NCBI GenBank assembly: GCA_965662895.1
Contig: CBFIJH010000001.1
Location: 164,436-228,435 of the forward strand
DNA length: 64,000 nt
Source: Candidatus Poseidoniaceae archaeon
Lineage (GTDB): Archaea > Thermoplasmatota > Poseidoniia > Poseidoniales > Poseidoniaceae
Reading direction: 5' to 3'
The translations under genes and the position numbers were made by a program. The notes beneath the pieces were generated by a model, which was given only the letters and a program-made list of their open reading frames with translations, ran no database searches and was not told the DNA's origin. This document shows, piece by piece, positions 58,283 to 64,000 of this stretch (positions are counted from its first letter, which is position 1; each line of letters starts with the position of its first letter).

Positions 58283-59289
58283 AAGGTGCGGTATTTGTTG
58301 CCCTGGTTCTGTTGGCTTGTGGACTCGCAGGATGCACGTCTGAGGATGATGCACAATCCACCTACATGACCATCGATATTGTTGATGTACCGCAAAAAAT
58401 TGGGTTTAACAAGCAAGACCAATTGGTGGAGCTTTTGGTTCGTAATCACCCTGACAGTGGATATGAATGGGAAGACCTTTCCGTCGAATTATCGATTTAT
58501 GATGCTGAACAAATGGATGAACCATTGCTAACGGAAGTTTGCCTACCTCCGAGTATTTCCTCTGCTGAGGCGATAGAAGGAAGCGGTCCAGCAAACGTTC
58601 GAATTAACGAGCTCATGGCGAGTAACGATTTCGGTTATCCAGATCCTGATGACAGTGGAGATGCTTACGATGATTGGATTGAATTGTTCAATCCTGGTGC
58701 AGAGGCGATGTCTCTCGAAGGTTGGGTCATGACCGATGCTTATGAAGAGTACATTGCTGGTGGAAAATCTGGCCACACCTTTGACCAGACCGTTTCCATT
58801 CCTGCTGGAGGTTTTCTCATCGTATGGGCCGATGATGAATCCGAGCAAGGTCCTGTTCACATGAATTTCAAACTGAAATCTGAGGGTGAGACCGTGTCCT
58901 TGATCAATCCTCAAGGCGAGGTGCATCAAAATATTTCATGGGGTGCTCAAACCACAGATACTTCCTACACTGCTGTTCCTGATGGTTCAATCAATTTCCA
59001 AGTCGATCGCACTCCGACTCCAATGCGAACCAATGGTGTGATGTCAGGCGAGAACATTCGTCCTGAATCAGCTCCAGGTTCCATGGGTACTGGATGTATG
59101 ATTAGCCAATCCATCGACGACGAATTCTGGCACGCTGATGAGACAGTTACACTCATCGAAGATGGTGTGAGCCTCTGTGGCGTGCATGATTCATCCTCCA
59201 ATGCATTCCCCATCTGCTACATACGATTGATCATCTCACACGATTCGCATATTGTACTTTACAACGATGGTTTAATTGGTTTAACGTGA
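58279..59289 (+). CDS. lipoprotein with lamin-tail domain
   Basis: LAGC; RINELMA..DDWIELFN..SLEGW..TPTP.RTN. Confidence 0.82.
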   Translation: MKGAVFVALVLLACGLAGCTSEDDAQSTYMTIDIVDVPQKIGFNKQDQLVELLVRNHPDSGYEWEDLSVELSIYDAEQMDEPLLTEVCLPPSISSAEAIEGSGPANVRINELMASNDFGYPDPDDSGDAYDDWIELFNPGAEAMSLEGWVMTDAYEEYIAGGKSGHTFDQTVSIPAGGFLIVWADDESEQGPVHMNFKLKSEGETVSLINPQGEVHQNISWGAQTTDTSYTAVPDGSINFQVDRTPTPMRTNGVMSGENIRPESAPGSMGTGCMISQSIDDEFWHADETVTLIEDGVSLCGVHDSSSNAFPICYIRLIISHDSHIVLYNDGLIGLT

Positions 59290-59298
59290 GGTGAAATT

Positions 59299-62200
59299 AT
59301 GAAAAATAAAGCATTCTTCCTGATACTTGTAATGACGTTGTCACTCTTCGCTGGTTGCTTCGGCGGAGATAGTGAAACCAATGAAGAACCAATCTACGAA
59401 GCATACGAATGTCGGATTGAAGAAGACAATACCTCATTGTGGTGCACCCAAGAGCGTGGAGTAGCCAAGTTGCCGATGGTCGTCGAATCAGGCTACATCA
59501 CATCGTGTGTTTTCGGGGCAATGGACGAGGAAGGGGACACGAAACTAACTTGCAACGGAATCAGTGCAACGATCGAAACCTATCCTGTTGGAGAACGTAT
59601 TCGACATCTCGATAACAATTGTCGCTTGGCTCTCCTTGCCAATGGAGAAAGTATTGTTTCGTGCTCTAATGGATGGCAAGCTCGGCTCGCATCTTCCGCG
59701 AATGCTTGCGTTCGTATTTTGGAAGATACAAGCGAAAAGGGCGTGTATGAACGAGCAAGTTGCAACGGTCTTGACATCAATTACGGCGCTCCCAATTCGG
59801 GAGTCACCATTCAGGCCAACCTTCTCGGAATGTATGACCACGATGCAGGGACCTTCGGAACATTGGAAATTCCAGCATATGACCCAGTTACGCAACGAAT
59901 TTTCCTCGTCAACGTTCTTGAGAAATCTGTTGATATTGTCTCGATAGCTGATCCCAGTGACCCTCAACTCGTCGGTCGAGTTGACCTATCAAAGATTGGA
60001 GAACCCAACAGCATTGATATTCGGCCAAGTGACGGACTACTCGCTATAGCAGTTCACAGAGAGACAGACGTCTTGAATTATGAGGATGGTCCACTCCCGT
60101 TTGTTGTTACAAAGGATCGACCTGACACAGGACTGGTCTATTTTATGGACACAGACGGGCAACGGTTGAACATCGTGGATGATGTGGGCTACCAACCTGA
60201 TATGATTACATTCACGCCTGACGGAAACAAGGTTTTGGTTGCAAACGAAGGGCAGCCATCTACTGATTACAAATTCGATCCAGAGGGGTCGGTCGACATC
60301 ATCGACGTAAGTGGACCAATCTCAGACGTCGGTGAGGAGCATGTCACCCATGTCACATTTCATGCGTTTGAAGAGGACAAGTCATCCTTGATACAAATGG
60401 GCATTCGAATCAACGGACCAGGTGCAAATTTGAGCATGGATTTTGAGCCAGAATACATTACTGTATCCCCAGATTCTTTGACGGCCTATGTGGCGATTCA
60501 AGAGGCAAACGCCATTGCAGTTCTCGATGTCGAAGCGGGACAATTTACCGAAATTATGCCAATGGGATACAAACCTCATTCCTCTGGTGCAGCAGTCCAC
60601 ACATCCCTGACCTGGGCCGACGCACAAATAACCGACACATCCGGTTGGATGTTCCTTGGTGAAGACGCAACACTTGGAACAGAGGTATACTTGATGCTAT
60701 CAGATGCCTCAAACGAGTTGCACCTTGTCGATTACAATCCGGCAACAGAGACGTTGTCCATGAGAGCAAATCCGTTGGTTACACTCTCCAGCGAGGCTGA
60801 TTTCGAAGATCTTGCCGTCTGTGAGTATGATGGTCTGAATGCATTTATCCTCGCAGAAGAGTCAATCCCATCCTTGCAATTCTTCGATGGCGAGGGAAGT
60901 CAAATTACACGACTTGTTCCTGAAAATTCTTCCTTTACGTTGGCTGGCGATCACGCTATTCTTCCCTCTGCCATATCGGATATTGAAACCAACAAAGGTT
61001 TCGAGAGCGTTGCATGCTTCGGCAACCACCTCTACACAATGACGCAATCCTCACTCAGTACAGCCGGTTCAACCGAGCAATGGATACGACTACTCGACAT
61101 CAACATCGACACCATGACACTTGAGGGCCAATACCTCTACCCAGTCGAATTGACCGATGGGGCCTACTCCCGTGGAGGTAAGATGGACAAAGTCACGTCA
61201 ATGGTTGCCATCGGTGAAGGTGAGCTTCTCGTCATTGAACGTGATTCTTCCACCGGTGATTCGGCAAGCAAGTGGGTCTTCAGAGTGGACCTATCGCAGG
61301 GAACAAACCTGATGGATTTGGATGAAAGTATGCGAGCATCAGGCGTACTCGAACAAATGAGTATGAATGAATTCACTGACATTGAAGTCGACACACCCGA
61401 TGTTGATCTCTCTCAAACCCTGATCGAAGACCGCATACTCATAAACGAACTCGCCAGCAAAGTCTCCCTTGGGCCCCCAAACCCATATTTGGACGGTGCT
61501 ACAGACTCGGATTACATTGAATTGTACAACCCGACAAATGCGGATATCGATCTCTCTGGTTGGAGAATATACGACGACATTAGCAAAGCATACACCTTCC
61601 CGGACGGTTCGAGTATCGGGCCAATGTCCTACCTCTTGCTGTTCGCTGATGACACGAACGATGGAACGCAGGATTGGGATGTAACCATCGATGAAAATGG
61701 AGCCCATCACCTTCCAATCAAATTGTCATCGGGGGGTGAAAGTGTAACCTTGGAAGACAACAATCAGGTCGTTGTTGAAAACATTATCTTCCCTGCTTTA
61801 AGCCAAGACACCTCCTATGGCCGCTTGATAACGGCCTCTTCTGTCTTCGGAGTCACTGAACTGACTCCACTTGAGGAGAACGTGGAATACGTCGGAGGCG
61901 AAGGTGGCCCATCGGCTGCCAGTCAAGGAATCAAACCCGTGCTAAAATCTCCCTTTGTTGAATTGGCTGATCGATACGGTGCAAAGCCAGAAGCGCTGAC
62001 CATTGTTGCTGGCTCGATCCAAGGAGCCTTCATCTCTGGTGTCTCCTCTGACCTGTCATTGAATCAACAACTCTCCCTTGATACTGCAAACTACAATGCG
62101 TTCTCTCAAGGGGATACGGTCAACGAGTCAACAATGAATCAACTTGAAGGAAGTGGACTCGATTATTGCTCATTCCACGATGCGTTCACATTTGCCAACG

Positions 62201-63750
62201 ACGGAGGCGAAGTGTTCCTCGTCGATGGAAATGATGGTCAAGTCTTGGACGTATACAGTCTAGCGAATGCTGATTTTGAAGGCGTCACATGCGATGATGA
62301 AGGAAGAATTTATGTCGCAAATGAAGCAACAACCCAAATCCATGTGCTTGAATACGCTACCGATTTTAGCCTCATTGGAACATTGAATCTTGAGAATCTA
62401 TCCGTGGATTTGGATGATGGTAAAGGATTGGAATCTGTGAGTTATGTTGCATCTTCGCAAGCACCGAGTATGTGGCCAGCATCGACCGAAGGTTACCTCA
62501 TTGCTGGAAGTCAGGATGCAACTGCAGTCAACGTTTACTCCATACCGGCTAGCATGAGTGGTGAGGTCGATTTGCAAGCAGTTGCATCCATTGAACTCAC
62601 CCTCAACGACGTTGCTGGACTGGATGTTGCAAATGATCTCATCTTTTCATTGCATGATAGCCATGATACTGTTCGAGTTCATGATTTGGAGGGGAACTTT
62701 ATCGCATCGTATGCAACACCACCGACATTGCAAGACACGGAAGGTATCGATGTACAATTTGATTGCACAAACCAAACAATGGAGATTGCATTTGCAGATG
62801 ATGAATTCAGTGACTTCTTCATTGCAACACTTGGCGGTTCGATATGTGTATCGCAAACGACGACGGAAATCGAGCTCCTCGATTTCATCAAAGAAGAACC
62901 TCCGTTTGAATTCGATATGACTGGTGAATTGCGATTGGGGATTCTCACCGATGCAGGTGGAACTGCTACGAGCATACCGTTCGGCTTTGTTGATATCAGG
63001 CTCCATCCACTGGATGGTAGCGATGAAGACGGTTACAATCCATTCCCTTGGCCTGTTATGGCCCTTTACATGCCGGATGGGATCACATCGTACACTGTGG
63101 ATGGGGAAATGTACCTGATCACTGGAAACGAAGGTGACCTTCGCGATTACCGTTACTTCAACAGCTCATCTGGTATGAATGTCATCGGGCATAATGAAGA
63201 AATTCGAATTGCATCGACAACCCTCGACCCGATGCGATTCCCTGATGCGAATTCGATGCAACAAATGAGTCAACTCGGTCGACTTAATGTTCCCAACAAC
63301 TGTGGTGATTCTGATGCTGATGGTGACCTCGACTTCATATGTGCTGTAGGTGCTCGTTCCTTCTCCATCTGGACCACAGATATGGAAATGGTATGGGACA
63401 GTGGCCACGACCTTTCATACTACTCAACGAAAAATGGGCAGCATCGAATAGATGAAATGAATTCTCGAGACGATAACAAAGGAATCGAACCAGAAGGTGT
63501 AAGAGTCGGTGTTATCGATGACAGGACCTATCTTTTCGTTTCCATGGAACGCAGTTTTGGCGTCATGATCTATGACATCTCAAATCCCCATCAACCAACA
63601 TTCCAACAATGGATTCAAGTTGACGGCGCAACAAATCCGGAAGATATGGAATTCATTCCGGCTGAGATATCACCAACGTCGTCTCCATTGCTTGTTGTGG
63701 CCAACGAGGATTCTGGAACTGTCGGCATTTGGGAGTTAGCCCTCTTGTAG
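59299..63750 (+). CDS. large multidomain lipoprotein: choice-of-anchor I, phytase-like, LTD and additional propeller domains
   Basis: FAGC; PDMITFTPDG..VANEGQP, FEPEYI, YMPDGI, GNEGD, RDDNKGIEPEG; NKGFES and LVIERD (phytase-like); LTD. Confidence 0.85.
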   Translation: MKNKAFFLILVMTLSLFAGCFGGDSETNEEPIYEAYECRIEEDNTSLWCTQERGVAKLPMVVESGYITSCVFGAMDEEGDTKLTCNGISATIETYPVGERIRHLDNNCRLALLANGESIVSCSNGWQARLASSANACVRILEDTSEKGVYERASCNGLDINYGAPNSGVTIQANLLGMYDHDAGTFGTLEIPAYDPVTQRIFLVNVLEKSVDIVSIADPSDPQLVGRVDLSKIGEPNSIDIRPSDGLLAIAVHRETDVLNYEDGPLPFVVTKDRPDTGLVYFMDTDGQRLNIVDDVGYQPDMITFTPDGNKVLVANEGQPSTDYKFDPEGSVDIIDVSGPISDVGEEHVTHVTFHAFEEDKSSLIQMGIRINGPGANLSMDFEPEYITVSPDSLTAYVAIQEANAIAVLDVEAGQFTEIMPMGYKPHSSGAAVHTSLTWADAQITDTSGWMFLGEDATLGTEVYLMLSDASNELHLVDYNPATETLSMRANPLVTLSSEADFEDLAVCEYDGLNAFILAEESIPSLQFFDGEGSQITRLVPENSSFTLAGDHAILPSAISDIETNKGFESVACFGNHLYTMTQSSLSTAGSTEQWIRLLDINIDTMTLEGQYLYPVELTDGAYSRGGKMDKVTSMVAIGEGELLVIERDSSTGDSASKWVFRVDLSQGTNLMDLDESMRASGVLEQMSMNEFTDIEVDTPDVDLSQTLIEDRILINELASKVSLGPPNPYLDGATDSDYIELYNPTNADIDLSGWRIYDDISKAYTFPDGSSIGPMSYLLLFADDTNDGTQDWDVTIDENGAHHLPIKLSSGGESVTLEDNNQVVVENIIFPALSQDTSYGRLITASSVFGVTELTPLEENVEYVGGEGGPSAASQGIKPVLKSPFVELADRYGAKPEALTIVAGSIQGAFISGVSSDLSLNQQLSLDTANYNAFSQGDTVNESTMNQLEGSGLDYCSFHDAFTFANDGGEVFLVDGNDGQVLDVYSLANADFEGVTCDDEGRIYVANEATTQIHVLEYATDFSLIGTLNLENLSVDLDDGKGLESVSYVASSQAPSMWPASTEGYLIAGSQDATAVNVYSIPASMSGEVDLQAVASIELTLNDVAGLDVANDLIFSLHDSHDTVRVHDLEGNFIASYATPPTLQDTEGIDVQFDCTNQTMEIAFADDEFSDFFIATLGGSICVSQTTTEIELLDFIKEEPPFEFDMTGELRLGILTDAGGTATSIPFGFVDIRLHPLDGSDEDGYNPFPWPVMALYMPDGITSYTVDGEMYLITGNEGDLRDYRYFNSSSGMNVIGHNEEIRIASTTLDPMRFPDANSMQQMSQLGRLNVPNNCGDSDADGDLDFICAVGARSFSIWTTDMEMVWDSGHDLSYYSTKNGQHRIDEMNSRDDNKGIEPEGVRVGVIDDRTYLFVSMERSFGVMIYDISNPHQPTFQQWIQVDGATNPEDMEFIPAEISPTSSPLLVVANEDSGTVGIWELALL

Positions 63751-63806
63751 AGGATGTCTCACAAGCGCTTGAACCTCGTAAGGTTCGGACGACATGGTCT
63801 CCGGAA

Positions 63807-63998
63807 TCAATTTGGAGGAACGATTTCTCGTCCATCGCTCATCTTTGCGAAGCGGCCTTGTTCACGAGGATGGACGATGTCGGAAGGGCCCCATGGCCAT
63901 CCACCAAACTCTGTTCGCCGATAATCGCTGAAGGCTTGGTAGATCTCTTCGACGGTATTCATGACGAATGGTCCGTGTTTTGAGACAGGTTCGGCAAT
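63807..63998 (-). CDS. pirin family protein, C-terminal part (partial, absent from the ORF track)
   Basis: Manual translation IAEPVSKHGPFVMNTVEEIYQAFSDYRRTEFGGWPW...PPN* matches the Pirin_C GPFVMNT motif. Confidence 0.85.
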   Translation of the reverse strand: MAEPVSKHGPFVMNTVEEIYQAFSDYRRTEFGGWPWGPSDIVHPREQGRFAKMSDGREIVPPN

Positions 63999-64000
63999 TG

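Noticed and set aside
63729-63983. 84-aa plus-strand ORF at the window end
   Set aside because: It is antisense to a recognisable pirin C-terminus.
1-64000. CRISPR arrays, rRNA, IS elements, prophage, inteins
   Set aside because: No regularly spaced repeats, transposase/integrase/capsid motifs or intein signatures were seen. Most short ORFs in the track are antisense or out-of-frame shadows.

Overview
Gene-dense chromosomal segment of an archaeon, most likely Marine Group II (Poseidoniales, Thermoplasmatota). The lineage call is an inference from archaeal information-processing genes combined with marine-heterotroph transporters, an IDI-GGPPS fusion and MGII-style membrane proteins. Core content: archaeosortase, tiaS, purB, dph6, the proteasome-exosome superoperon, rps12-rps7-EF2, a dispersed isoprenoid/mevalonate gene set, coaBC, trmY, surE, eIF5A, tRNA-Gln and fatty-acid/amino-acid catabolism genes. 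Two loci stand out. (1) A MamK-like actin (27843-28868) with no magnetosome genes, flanked by a Zn-ribbon/TerB-like protein, a membrane protein and a sirtuin: a candidate uncharacterised archaeal cytoskeletal system. (2) A phosphorus-scavenging surface locus (55519-63750): a type IV pilin with two lamin-tail domains (LTD), divergent from PstS, a lipoprotein whose pilin-like domain is split by an LTD, and a 1483-aa nested choice-of-anchor-I/phytase-like/LTD protein. A circularly permuted, PGF-tailed PhoX lies separately at 30340-32532. No CRISPR, rRNA or mobile element was seen. All family calls come from motif recognition by eye; no database searches were run.
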